Positions 16,431 through 25,756 are shown, numbered from the stretch's first letter. The stretch is DNA of 32,000 nt from Rhodobacter capsulatus SB 1003 (GCF_000021865.1 NC_014034.1:2130001-2162000), one strand, 5' to 3'. Numbers and translations are program-made. The notes: a model not told the origin generated them from the sequence alone.

Positions 16431-16991
16431 ATGGCCAGGCTGGTCACGGTAAGATTTCTGCGGGGCTCCGCGCCCTACAACACCGGCGAGATCGCCGGGT
16501 TCGAGGCCCAAGTCGCGCGCGCGCTGATCGCCAGCGGCGCGGCCGAGGCGGTGAAGGCCGCGCCGCTGGCGCCCGATCCCGCCGCCGGGGCCGGGACCCG
16601 TCAGCGCGTGGTGCTGACCTTCCTCGCCGCCGCGCCGCCCTATCATGCGGGCGATGTGGCGGGCTTCGATCCGCTTGAGGCCGCGGCGCTGGTGGCCCGG
16701 GGCAAGGCGGTGCCGCTGACCACCAGGACCGGCGCCGGGGAAGAGCCGGGGGAGGATGAGGCCTGCGACACGGAAGAACCGGGCGACAATCCCGCCGCCG
16801 ATCCCGGCGACGATCCCGGTGCGGACTGCCCCGATGACGGGATCGACGACGACGCGGCCGAGCCGGATTTCCTGCTCGTCGACCATGACGACGACGGCAA
16901 CGACCATGACCATGACGACGACGGCGCAGCCGAAGACCTTGACGACGACGGCGAAGACGGCGCTCCGCCGGTGCAGGGGCGCGCGGGCTGA
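16431..16991 (+). CDS. Head-module protein with an internal ~40-aa duplication and an extremely acidic Asp-rich tail
   Basis: VTVRFLRGSAPYNTGEIAGFEAQVARALIASGAAEAV versus VVLTFLAAAPPYHAGDVAGFDPLEAAALVARGKAVPL. Then about 80 residues dominated by D/E/G/P (DDDAAEPDFLLVDHDDDGNDHDHDDDGAAEDLDDDGEDG). Confidence 0.6.
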   Translation: MARLVTVRFLRGSAPYNTGEIAGFEAQVARALIASGAAEAVKAAPLAPDPAAGAGTRQRVVLTFLAAAPPYHAGDVAGFDPLEAAALVARGKAVPLTTRTGAGEEPGEDEACDTEEPGDNPAADPGDDPGADCPDDGIDDDAAEPDFLLVDHDDDGNDHDHDDDGAAEDLDDDGEDGAPPVQGRAG

Positions 16992-17585
16992 TGCGCGTTC
17001 TGGGACCGGTCCCGGGCGCGGTCAGCGTGGCGGAGTTCAAGCGCGCCACCCATATGGACGAGGGGACCGAGGACGATGCCGCCCTCGCCGCCTGTCTGGC
17101 GGCGGCGCAAAGCCTGGTCGAACAGGCGACGAACCGCCCGCTCGGCCCGCGCGAGGTGGAGATCACGCTGGAGGCGGTGCCCGGCCTGCGGCGCTGGTGG
17201 TTTCCCTGCGCGCCGGTGCTGTCGGTGGCGCAGGTGGTGGTCGAGACCGAAACGGGGGCGCAGGCGTTTGACCCGGCGCGCTGGCGGCTGCGCCTCGCCC
17301 ATGACGAGCCGCAGATCGACTTTGCCGCGGGCGCGCTGCCCTCCAGCGCCGCCCCCTGCCCCGTCAGCATCACCGCCACGGTCGGCGCCGATCCCGAAAG
17401 CCCGGCGCTCCTGCCGCTGCGCCAGGCGATCGTGCTGATCGCGCGGGACTGGCACGCGGCCGGAATCACCATCGCAGGCGAGGCGGCCAGCCCCGGTGCG
17501 CTCTCCTTCGGCGCGCGCGCGATGCTCCGGGCACGCCCGCTATCTGCGCCCGCGCGTGATGGCGTGCGGGCTTTCGGGGGGCTGA
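16991..17585 (+). CDS. gp6-like head-tail connector protein (3' end unresolved)
   Basis: VSVAEFKRATHMDEGTEDDAALAACLAAAQSLVEQATNRPL is the typical gp6-like N-terminus. The frame has no stop before the next gene (the ORF runs to 17923). A stop at 17583-17585 exists only in the +1 frame. Confidence 0.55.
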
Positions 17586-17587
17586 GA

Positions 17588-17923
17588 ATGGGCGAGCGCC
17601 TTGACACAAGGGTGACGATCCTGCGCCCGCGGATCGGCGATGACGGGCTGAGCCGCTGCTTCACCGGCTGGGAAGAGCTGGCGACCCTCTGGGCCAGCCT
17701 GCGCGAGACCGCGGGTGACGAAGCCGCCGCCGCCGGGCAGATCGAAACGCGCGGCGGTGCCAGGCTGCGCCTGCGCGCCTCTCGCCGCGCCCGCCAGATC
17801 ACCGCCGCGGACCGGGTGCGGGCGCGCGGCCAGCTGTGGGAGATCCGCGGGATCTGCGCCCCCGCTGCCGGGCTGATCGAGCTCTCCCTTGCGGCGATCA
17901 TGATCGGAAAGGCGGCGGGATGA
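17588..17923 (+). CDS. Head closure / head-tail adaptor protein
   Basis: Internal ATG 17588. MGERLDTRVTILRPRIGDDGLSRCFTGWEELATLWASLRETAGDEAAAAGQIE...RQITAADRVRARGQLWEIRGI fits the head-tail adaptor pattern (~110 aa). Confidence 0.6.
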   Translation: MGERLDTRVTILRPRIGDDGLSRCFTGWEELATLWASLRETAGDEAAAAGQIETRGGARLRLRASRRARQITAADRVRARGQLWEIRGICAPAAGLIELSLAAIMIGKAAG

Positions 17924-18423
17924 CCGGCACGGTGAAGCTGGAAGGGCTGCGCGACCTCGAACAGGCGCTGGCGCAGATCGAGAAGACCGCCACGGCGAAA
18001 GCGGTGATGCGCCGCGCGCTGAAGACCGCCGCCCGGCCGGTGGCGGATCTGGCCGCGGCGCTCGCCCCCGAGGGGCCGACCGGCAAACTGAAGCGCTCGA
18101 TCAGCATCAGCACCAAGCTCAGCAAGCGCCAGCAGCAGGCGAACCGCAAGCTGCAGGCCGAGGGCAAGGCCGCGGTCGAGATGTTCCTCGGCCCCGATTA
18201 CAAACAGGCGGGCAATCACGCCCATCTGGTGGAATTCGGCACCAAGCCGCACCGCAACCGCGGTCAATTCGCCGGAACGCAGCACCCCGGCACCGCACCC
18301 CGCCCCTTCCTGCGCCCCGCCTGGGAGGCCGAGGGCAGACCCACCCTCGATCGGCTGGGCAAGACGCTCTGGGGCGAGATCGAAAAGGCGGCGCGACGCG
18401 CGGCCGCAAAGGAGAAGGGCTGA
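17920..18423 (+). CDS. HK97 gp10-family tail-attachment protein
   Basis: ATG 17920 (ATGA overlap). HLVEFGTKPH...APRPFLRPAWE is the gp10-family signature. Confidence 0.75.
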   Translation: MTGTVKLEGLRDLEQALAQIEKTATAKAVMRRALKTAARPVADLAAALAPEGPTGKLKRSISISTKLSKRQQQANRKLQAEGKAAVEMFLGPDYKQAGNHAHLVEFGTKPHRNRGQFAGTQHPGTAPRPFLRPAWEAEGRPTLDRLGKTLWGEIEKAARRAAAKEKG

Positions 18424-18572
18424 TGGAACAGGAAAAGGCGCATCCCGATGATGTGGTGAAGCTGCTCGCCGATCTCGCCGCGCAGCATGGCTACCGGCTG
18501 GTCGGGGTCGAACTGGTGGCGCGCAAGCCGCTCGGCGCCGCGCTGCCGCGTCACAGCTACAGGATCTTCTGA
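18423..18572 (+). CDS. Small coupled ORF (49 aa), not listed in the ORF track
   Basis: TGATG overlap with the gp10-like gene. MEQEKAHPDDVVKLLADLAAQHGYRLVGVELVARKPLGAALPRHSYRIF*. Fills the gap before the next gene exactly. Confidence 0.4.
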   Translation: MEQEKAHPDDVVKLLADLAAQHGYRLVGVELVARKPLGAALPRHSYRIF

Positions 18573-18575
18573 TCC

Positions 18576-18944
18576 ATGGAAGAGAGCTTTCGCGCCGCGC
18601 TGCTGGCCTCGGGCGCGGTCACGGCGCTGACTGGCGACCGGATCGATTTCGGCGCCAACCCGCAGGACACGGCCTGCCCGCGCCTCGTGCTCTGGACGAT
18701 CTCCGACACCGGCGGGCTGCTCCTCTCCGGCCCCGATGGCATTTCCCGCGGCCGGGTCCAGGTCGATTGCTACGGCGAGAGCTATGGCGCGGCCAAACGC
18801 CTTTCCCGCGCCGTGCGCGCCGTCCTGGATGGCTACAGCGGCGGCGGGTTTCAGGGCGTCTTTCACGCGGGCACGCGCGATTCACAAGACAGCGAGGCCC
18901 CGTTCCGGGTCTCGCTCGATTTCATCACGGTTTTCACCAGCTGA
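18576..18944 (+). CDS. DUF3168-like tail completion/terminator protein
   Basis: 122 aa. Position before the major tail protein, with RVQVDCYGESYGAAKRLSRAVRAVL typical of this family. Confidence 0.55.
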   Translation: MEESFRAALLASGAVTALTGDRIDFGANPQDTACPRLVLWTISDTGGLLLSGPDGISRGRVQVDCYGESYGAAKRLSRAVRAVLDGYSGGGFQGVFHAGTRDSQDSEAPFRVSLDFITVFTS

Positions 18945-18954
18945 GGAGGGCCGC

Positions 18955-19395
18955 ATGGCCAACAGTCAAATCATCGCTTACGGCGCCACCGTCGAGCGCT
19001 CCACCGATGGCGTCGCCTGGACGGCAATCCCCGGATGCAAGGGCATCGCCATCCCCGCGCCGAGCACCGATTACATCGATGCCACCTCGCTCGACAGCCC
19101 GAACGGCTTCAAGGAATACATCCGCGGCATGCGCGACGCGGGCGAGATCTCGGTGCCCTGCGGCTATACCGCCGCGGGCTACGAACAGCAGATCGCCGAT
19201 TCCCTCCGCGACGAGCCGGTTTACTACCGCACCACCCTCAAGCCCGCCCCCGGCCAGAAGACCGGCGATGTCTTCCAGTTCCGCGGCTTCCCGACCCCGC
19301 AGGTCGAGGGCAACGACGTCACCGGCCTGATCGCCATGACGATCAGCATTCGCGCCACCGGCAACGTGACCTGGACCAAGGGGACGAAGGCATGA
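18955..19395 (+). CDS. Major tail (tube) protein
   Basis: ATG 18955 after GAGGAGGG. 146 aa. Position upstream of the chaperone pair and tape measure. Confidence 0.7.
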   Translation: MANSQIIAYGATVERSTDGVAWTAIPGCKGIAIPAPSTDYIDATSLDSPNGFKEYIRGMRDAGEISVPCGYTAAGYEQQIADSLRDEPVYYRTTLKPAPGQKTGDVFQFRGFPTPQVEGNDVTGLIAMTISIRATGNVTWTKGTKA

Positions 19396-19757
19396 CCGGC
19401 ATGACCAGCTTGCGCGGCGCGGTGCCCTTCGCCGGGGAGCGGTATTTCCGGCTCTCCACCAATGCCCTTGTGCGCTATCAGGACGCCGCGGGCGAGACCC
19501 TGCTCGAGGCGATGGCCGCGCTGGAACAAAGCCCCGGCGACACGCGGCGCATCCGCCGCATGGTCTGGGCGGCGCTCTCCCATGAGGGCCTCACCGAGGA
19601 AGCGGCGGGCGATCTGATGGACGAGATCGGCCAGACCGAAGCGGCCCGGCTTCTGGGCGAGGCGATCCGCGCCGCCTTTCCGCAGGCGGGCGCTCCGGGG
19701 GCGGAGGCCGCAGACGCCGGGGGAAACGGGGCGAGCCGGAAGAAACGGATCCCCTGA
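19392..19757 (+). CDS. Tail assembly chaperone (G-like, zero-frame product)
   Basis: ATGA overlap with the tube gene. 121 aa. Position immediately upstream of the tape measure, with a slippery site near its 3' end. Confidence 0.7.
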   Translation: MTGMTSLRGAVPFAGERYFRLSTNALVRYQDAAGETLLEAMAALEQSPGDTRRIRRMVWAALSHEGLTEEAAGDLMDEIGQTEAARLLGEAIRAAFPQAGAPGAEAADAGGNGASRKKRIP

Positions 19758-20071
19758 ACGCGCTGCTGCGCGCCTGGCTTGAGGCCGGGCAGGATTATCC
19801 GGGCTTTTGGGATCTGACCCCGCGCGAGGCGGTGATGATCCTGCGCGGTGCCGCCGCGCAGCGCCGCGCCGAGATCGAGACCGCCCGCGCCCTCAATCAC
19901 CAGCTCGCCGGGCTCGTGGCCTTTGCTGTCCACGATCCGCAACACCTGCCGGAGTTCCGGCCGGACGACACCGCCGCCGCCACCGCCGCCACCGCGCAGG
20001 GCGCGCGCGAGGTCGATCATGAACGGGTCCGGGGCGCGCTGATCGCCATGGCGCTGCGCCCCGGGCCCTGA
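19392..20071 (+). CDS. Tail assembly chaperone fusion (GT-like, via -1 frameshift at 19721-19727)
   Basis: After the slip the reading continues RGEPEETDPLNALLRAWLEAGQDYPGFWDLTPREAVMILRG... to the stop at 20069-20071. The downstream ORF has no convincing start of its own before 19832. Confidence 0.6.
19721..19727 (+). promoter_or_regulatory. -1 programmed ribosomal frameshift heptamer G_GGA_AAC
   Basis: Zero-frame codons GGA (19722-24) and AAC (19725-27), preceded by G 19721, give X_XXY_YYZ. The -1 frame is open from here to 20071. Confidence 0.65.
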
Positions 20072-20115
20072 TCTGCAAACCCGGCCGCCTGCGGGCGGCC
20101 CTGTCTTTTCGGGGA

Positions 20116-23001
20116 ATGCCCATGTCTGCCTCTGCAGTGATCGGCGCGCTGCGCGTCAATCTCGGTCTCGACAGCGCCAGTTTCCAAAAGGGCGTCGCCA
20201 GATCGACGGCCTCGCTCGGCACGCTCAAGGGCGCGGCCATGGCCGCCTCGGCCGCGGTCTCCGCCATCGGCGCGGCGATCGGCGGCCCGGCCCTGGCCGC
20301 GATCGTCACCGCGGCCGCGCGTTCCGCCCGCGAGATCACCCGCCTGTCGCAGGTCGCGGGCGCCTCGGCGCAGGAGCTGCAGCACTGGTCCTTCGGGGCG
20401 CGGACGGTGGGCATCGAACAGGAAAAGCTCGCCGATATCCTCAAGGACGTGAACGACAAGGTGGGCGATTATCTCTCCACCGGCGGCGGCGCGATGGCGG
20501 ATTTCTTCGAAAAGATCGCGCCCCGCGTCGGCGTGACCGCGCAGGCGTTTCGCGATCTTTCGGGGCCGCAGGCCTTGCAGCTTTACGTGTCGAGCCTGGA
20601 GAAAGCGGGCCTCTCGCAGGCGGAGATGACCTTCTACATGGAGGCCATCGCCAGCGATTCCACGCTGCTGCTGCCGCTTTTGCGCGCCAATGGCGCAGAA
20701 ATGGCCCGCTTGGGCGAGAGCGCCTCAAGCTTTGGCGCCGTCCTCGGGACCGATGCGATCACCGCGCTGCGCGCGGCCGAGCGGGCGCTCGACGACATTT
20801 CGGTCGTCCTTGAGGCCACACGCAACCGCATCGCCGCCGATCTCGCCCCGGCGGTCGAGGCGATGGCGCGCGCCTTCGTCAATGCCATGCGCGAGGGCGG
20901 GTTCCTGCGCGGGGTGATCGACGGGCTGATGGCGGCGCTGCCGCATCTGACCGCCTATGCCGCCGCCTTCACCGCCGGGCTGATCGCCTGGCAGGCGGCC
21001 GCGATCGCCGCGCGTCTGGCCACGATGGCGCTCTCGGTCTCCATGGCCGGGCTGCGCGCCGCGATCGCCGCCACCGGCGTCGGCGTGCTCGTCGTCGCCA
21101 TGGGCGAGCTCGGCCTCGCCATCCTCGATGCCGTGCGCAAGGCTGGGGGCTTTGCCGCCGCCTGGTACAAGCTCAAGGCGAAGTTCTTCGAGGTTCTGCG
21201 CGACATGGCCGGGGGATGGGTGGAGTTCACCTGGGCGCTTGCCGACGGCATGAATGATCTGTTCGGCACCCGGCTGATGGGCGCAGATGCGGGGATCACG
21301 CAAACCCTGCGCGACCTGCAGATCGGGGCGGAAGACGCCGCCGCGGCCGCGCAGGAGGTGGCCACGGCCGCCACCGAGGCCGAGGTCACGCTGACAGGTC
21401 TCGGAAGCGCGGGCTCCGGCGCCGGAAAGAAGCTCAAAAAGGGCCTGACCGAGGCGCAAAAGGCGGCGCAGGAGTTCGCCGATGCGCTGCGGGACGGGTT
21501 TCGGTCCTCGGTCGAGGGCGCGGTGGACTGGATGCTTGACGGGTTTCAGGGCGGCTTCAAGGGTCTGGTCAGCCTTGCCCGGGACGCGCTCAAGCAGGTC
21601 GTGGCGCTCTTTCTCAAAAACCGGATCACGCTCTCGCTCGGCCTTGGCGTCAGCGGCGGCGCCGCCACGGGGGCAGCGGCGGGCGCGGCCGTCTCCGGGG
21701 CGGCGGCGGGCGGCTTTGCGGGCCCGCTCGGCCTGCTGGGCACCGCGGGCAGCTTTCTCGGCGCGATCGGCTCGGGCGCGGCGGGGCTCGGCACCGCGCT
21801 TTTCGGGGCGGGCGGCGGCCTTGGCGCCGCGGGCACCTATCTCTCCTCGGTCGTCGGCAGCGCGACGAGCAGCCTCGGGCCGTTCGGCGCCGCCATCGGC
21901 GCGGCGCTGCCGATCCTCGCCGGGGTGGGCGTGGTCTTCTCCTTCTTCAAGAAGAAGGTCACCCAGCTTGACGCCGGGCTGCGGCTGACCGTCACCGACA
22001 TGGACACGCTGGTCGAGACCTTCAGCAAGACGAAGACCTCGCGGTTCTGGGGGCTGTCGAAGAAGACCCGCGAGACCTTCACCGAAGCCGGTGCGGCGAT
22101 TGCCGACCCGATCGAGGCCGCGGTGGCCGGGATCGTGGGCGGCGTCGCGGACATGGCCGACACCCTCGGCATCGCCGGGCGCGACGCGCTGAAAGGGTTC
22201 TCGACGCAGATCAAAATCTCCACCCACGGGCTCTCCGACAGCGAGGCGCAAGAGGCGATCCGGGCGGGGTTCACGCAGCTGTCCGACGAGCTGGCGCGGA
22301 TGATCCTGGCCGCGGGCGAAGGTGTCAGCGGCAATCTCTCCGCCTTCACCTCGGCCTTCGCGCGCCGGGGCGAGAGCGCCAGCGAGACCCTGACCCGGCT
22401 TTCCTCGGCGCTGGCCACGGCCAATGCCTGGCTCGACCGGCTCGGCAAGACCGCCTATGACACCTCGCTGGCGGGCGCCGATGCGGCCTCAAAATGGGCC
22501 GGGGCCTTCGGCGGCCTTGAGGCCATGTCCGAGGCCGTCGGCAGCTATTACGCCGGGTTCTACAGCCCCGCCGAACGCCTCGCCCAGGCGCGCGAGGAGC
22601 TCTCGCAGGCGCTGGCGGGGCTCGGCATCGACGCCCTGCCCGGCTCGCGCCAAGCCTTCCGGCAGCTGATCGACGCCGCCTTTGCCAGCGGCGACAGCGA
22701 TCTGGCCGCAAAGCTGATCCAGCTGGCCCCGGCCATGGCCGAGATCACCGATCAGGCCCAGGCGCTGACCGCGGCGCTGAAGGATCTCGACACCCAGTCG
22801 CTTTATCGCAGCGGCGCCGAGGCGCTTTATGCCGCGACCTCGGAAGGCCATCGCCGCCGCCTGACCGGCGCCGATGCCACCGTGCAGGGGCTGCTCGCCG
22901 AGGTGGTGCGCGCGATCCGCGAAGGCGACATCAACAATGCCCGCCTCACCGCCCGGCTTCTGGCCGTGCAGGAGCGCATGAGCCTGGACCCCGCGCGATG
23001 A
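20116..23001 (+). CDS. Tape measure protein
   Basis: 961 aa, A/G/L-rich with hydrophobic central stretches, downstream of the chaperone pair. ATG 20122 is an alternative start. Confidence 0.9.
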   Translation: MPMSASAVIGALRVNLGLDSASFQKGVARSTASLGTLKGAAMAASAAVSAIGAAIGGPALAAIVTAAARSAREITRLSQVAGASAQELQHWSFGARTVGIEQEKLADILKDVNDKVGDYLSTGGGAMADFFEKIAPRVGVTAQAFRDLSGPQALQLYVSSLEKAGLSQAEMTFYMEAIASDSTLLLPLLRANGAEMARLGESASSFGAVLGTDAITALRAAERALDDISVVLEATRNRIAADLAPAVEAMARAFVNAMREGGFLRGVIDGLMAALPHLTAYAAAFTAGLIAWQAAAIAARLATMALSVSMAGLRAAIAATGVGVLVVAMGELGLAILDAVRKAGGFAAAWYKLKAKFFEVLRDMAGGWVEFTWALADGMNDLFGTRLMGADAGITQTLRDLQIGAEDAAAAAQEVATAATEAEVTLTGLGSAGSGAGKKLKKGLTEAQKAAQEFADALRDGFRSSVEGAVDWMLDGFQGGFKGLVSLARDALKQVVALFLKNRITLSLGLGVSGGAATGAAAGAAVSGAAAGGFAGPLGLLGTAGSFLGAIGSGAAGLGTALFGAGGGLGAAGTYLSSVVGSATSSLGPFGAAIGAALPILAGVGVVFSFFKKKVTQLDAGLRLTVTDMDTLVETFSKTKTSRFWGLSKKTRETFTEAGAAIADPIEAAVAGIVGGVADMADTLGIAGRDALKGFSTQIKISTHGLSDSEAQEAIRAGFTQLSDELARMILAAGEGVSGNLSAFTSAFARRGESASETLTRLSSALATANAWLDRLGKTAYDTSLAGADAASKWAGAFGGLEAMSEAVGSYYAGFYSPAERLAQAREELSQALAGLGIDALPGSRQAFRQLIDAAFASGDSDLAAKLIQLAPAMAEITDQAQALTAALKDLDTQSLYRSGAEALYAATSEGHRRRLTGADATVQGLLAEVVRAIREGDINNARLTARLLAVQERMSLDPAR

Positions 23002-23936
23002 AGATCCTGACTCCGATTGCCGTCACCGATGCAACGCTCATCTCCTGCTCGATCCCCGAGACGGATTTTCCGCGCTGGAACGCGCAGACCACCTATCCCC
23101 GCGGCGCCTTCGTGATCAGCCCCGCCACCCATACCGTCTATCGCGCGCTCCAGGGCGACAACACCGGCCATGATCCCGATCTCGAACAGGCAGCGCTCGC
23201 CGATCCGCTGATCGACGACCCCGATCCGGTCTTCTGGCAGGTGATCGGCGCCACCAACCGCTGGCGGCTTTTCGACGGCAAGCCCTCGGTTCTGGCGCGT
23301 GCCGCCGAGATCATCCGCGTCACCCTCGCCCCGGGCGTGGCCGTGGGCGGCGTCGCGGGCTTTGGCATCAGCGCCGCCGAGATCCGCGTGACGATGACCG
23401 ATGCCGGGGCCGTGGTCTACCGCCGCGCGATCGCCATGCAGGACGAAACCGTCGTCAGCGACGGGCTGGGCTATTATGTCGAGCCGATCACCGAGCTCTC
23501 CGAATTCGTCCTCACCGATCTGCCGCCCTATGCCGCCGCGCAGATCACCATCGAGGCCATCCGCCGCGGCGGGCAGGTCAGCGTCGGGCAGATCGTCCTC
23601 GGCCCGGTCTGGGCGCTCGGGCGCCCGGTGATCGGCGGCACCGGGTTTCAGGGCGTCGATTTCTCCTATGTCAAACAGGACGATTACGGCGATCTGACCA
23701 CCGTGCGCCGCGCCGCCACCCGGCTCAGCACCTTCGAGACCTGCCTGCCGAACGCCCGGCTGCTCGGCTTTGACACCCGCATGCGCAGCCTGCGCGGCGG
23801 CACCGCCGCGGTCTGGATCGGCTCGGACGATCCCCGCAAGGCGGCGATCAACTACGGATTCTATCGCAGCTACCGCGCGGCCTATCAGACCGACGCCTGG
23901 TCGCTGATCTCCATCGAAGTACAAGGAATCGTCTGA
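22998..23936 (+). CDS. Tail tip/baseplate-associated protein (function not assignable)
   Basis: 312 aa, ATGA overlap with the tape measure gene. Position typical of a distal tail protein. Confidence 0.45.
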   Translation: MKILTPIAVTDATLISCSIPETDFPRWNAQTTYPRGAFVISPATHTVYRALQGDNTGHDPDLEQAALADPLIDDPDPVFWQVIGATNRWRLFDGKPSVLARAAEIIRVTLAPGVAVGGVAGFGISAAEIRVTMTDAGAVVYRRAIAMQDETVVSDGLGYYVEPITELSEFVLTDLPPYAAAQITIEAIRRGGQVSVGQIVLGPVWALGRPVIGGTGFQGVDFSYVKQDDYGDLTTVRRAATRLSTFETCLPNARLLGFDTRMRSLRGGTAAVWIGSDDPRKAAINYGFYRSYRAAYQTDAWSLISIEVQGIV

Positions 23937-24880
23937 TGGCAAAACCCGCCAAACCGACCGTCCCGCCGCCGCCGCTGCGCTCCAACCCGGAGACCTTCAG
24001 CGCGCGCATGGAGGCCTCGCTCCTGTTCTGGAAGACCTTCGCCGAGTATCTCGACGCGCTTGGCGACCATGCCGAGACCCAGGCCGATGCGGCGCTGGCC
24101 GCGGCCCTTGCGGCGGGCGCCGGGACCGGACTTGCGCTGCGGGGCAATGGCGGCAAGCTGATGGCCGTCAATGCCGGGGCAACCGCGCTGGAATTCCTGA
24201 CCGCCTCCGGCGCCGGAAAGGCGATCCTCGCCAATGCCAGCGCCGCCGGTCTGGCGCTGGCGAGCGACGCGGATGCGGCCGCGCAGCGCGCCACGCTCGG
24301 CCTTGGCACGGTCACCGCCCTGGCCGAGGCGGTGACGGATCTGAGCGCGATCACCCGCTCGGGCTGGAACCGCTTCGCCGCCGCCCAGACCGCCAACACC
24401 CCCTTTGCGACCGGCGCGGGGATGGTGCTGACGATCTTTTACGACGGCTCGGCCGCGGTCCAGCTGGTCTGGGGCCACAACAAGGGCGAGAGCGACACCG
24501 GGCAATGGATCCGCTGGCGTGCCGCCAGCACCTGGGGGGGCTGGGTGCGGCTGCATGGCTCGCAGACCGAGATCAACGGGCTGATCGGGGCGCTGGCGCT
24601 GGGGGTCGCGCAGTCCTGGCAGGATGTCACCGCCGCCCGCCTCGCCGGAACCAATTACCAGAACACCACCGGGCGCCCGATCGCGGTCAGCATCACCACA
24701 GGCGGCACGACGGCGAACACCGCGCTTTATCTGGGCGTCGCGACCCCCGCCAACATCCTGATTGCCGCAACCGGGACCGGCTCGACCCTGCGGATCATGT
24801 CGCATCAGGCCATCGTCCCCGCGGGGCATTATTACCGGTTCGAGGGCGCCGCGCCCGCAACCTGGGCGGAGCTGCGCTGA
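23936..24880 (+). CDS. Tail fibre / host-recognition protein (putative)
   Basis: 314 aa, TGATG overlap. A/G/T-rich with a beta-rich C-terminus. Position after the tail tip gene. Confidence 0.45.
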   Translation: MAKPAKPTVPPPPLRSNPETFSARMEASLLFWKTFAEYLDALGDHAETQADAALAAALAAGAGTGLALRGNGGKLMAVNAGATALEFLTASGAGKAILANASAAGLALASDADAAAQRATLGLGTVTALAEAVTDLSAITRSGWNRFAAAQTANTPFATGAGMVLTIFYDGSAAVQLVWGHNKGESDTGQWIRWRAASTWGGWVRLHGSQTEINGLIGALALGVAQSWQDVTAARLAGTNYQNTTGRPIAVSITTGGTTANTALYLGVATPANILIAATGTGSTLRIMSHQAIVPAGHYYRFEGAAPATWAELR

Positions 24881-25374
24881 TGGAACACGGCTTTTTCCAC
24901 CCCGCCCACGGCTACTGGCAGACCACCGGCACGCCCACCCCCGAGATCCGCGCCGCCTATCCCGAGGGCACGGTCGAGGTGCCGCTGCGCCCCGGGGCCG
25001 ATCATCTCTGGACCGGCGAGGGCTGGGAACCGGCCCCGGCGCGGCTCTCGGTCGATCAGGCGCTCGCCAATCTCAAGGCCGCGCGCGACGCGGCCATCGC
25101 CCGCGGCATCGAGGTCGACGGGCTGCGCCTGCAGACCGACGATCTGAGCCAGAGCCGCCTCACCGCCGCCGCCCTTGCCGCCCAGCTCGATCCGACCCTG
25201 ACCCTGCGCTGGAAGCTTGCGACCGGGGAGTTCGTCGCGCTGAGCGCGCCGCAGATCATCGCCCTCGCGCTGGCCGTGCGCGCCCATGTGCAGGCCTGTT
25301 TCGACCGCGAAGCCGATCTGGCCGCGCAGATCCGCGCCGCCGCCGACCCGGCCGCGGTCGCCCTCACCTTCTGA
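24880..25374 (+). CDS. DUF4376-like fibre-associated protein
   Basis: ATG 24880 (TGATG overlap). LKAARDAAIARGIEVDGLRLQTDDLSQSRLTAAAL...FVALSAPQIIALALAVRAHVQACFDREADL fits the DUF4376 pattern. Confidence 0.5.
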   Translation: MEHGFFHPAHGYWQTTGTPTPEIRAAYPEGTVEVPLRPGADHLWTGEGWEPAPARLSVDQALANLKAARDAAIARGIEVDGLRLQTDDLSQSRLTAAALAAQLDPTLTLRWKLATGEFVALSAPQIIALALAVRAHVQACFDREADLAAQIRAAADPAAVALTF

Positions 25375-25435
25375 TGCCCTCGGGCGCCGTCACCGTCACC
25401 GCCCGCCGGGCGGCAAGCCGCGAAAGGGCAGGATC

Positions 25436-25756
25436 ATGAGCGATGCAAGGGGCCTCGTAGAGCTCGTCGATGCCATCTGGGGCGGGGCCGTCACCACGAT
25501 GGCGGCGGCGCTCGCCGGGCGGCTGATGTGGCATTCGACCGAGGTGCGGGCGCGCAAGCGCCGCTTCCTGAGCCGCGAGCTGCTCTGGGAGCTGCCCGTC
25601 GCGGTCGGCATGGCGATCATCGGCGAGGCGGTGGCGGCTTATTTCGAGCTCGGCCGGACCGTGACCACCGGCGTCGTCGCAACGCTCGCCTATCTCGGCC
25701 CGCGCGGCGCCCAGGTGGCGCTGACCCGGGTCTTCTTTCACAACAAGGAGTCGTGA
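25436..25756 (+). CDS. Holin-like membrane protein
   Basis: ATG 25436. 106 aa with about three hydrophobic segments and a charged C-terminus, immediately upstream of the endolysin. Confidence 0.5.
   Translation: MSDARGLVELVDAIWGGAVTTMAAALAGRLMWHSTEVRARKRRFLSRELLWELPVAVGMAIIGEAVAAYFELGRTVTTGVVATLAYLGPRGAQVALTRVFFHNKES

Noticed and set aside
12369-16913. 1514-aa minus-strand ORF, the longest in the track
   Set aside because: It lies antisense to well-supported portal, protease and capsid genes. The translation is an R/G/P/A-rich low-complexity string typical of shadow ORFs in high-GC DNA. It has no motifs and no sensible gene context.
10081-25400. Whether the structural gene block is the Rhodobacter gene transfer agent (GTA) cluster rather than a prophage
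   Set aside because: The block is embedded in a complete phage layout (immunity switch, replication region, HNH, small terminase, a 2.9-kb tape measure gene, holin/endolysin). I therefore treat it as a prophage. Some tail genes may still be GTA-related.
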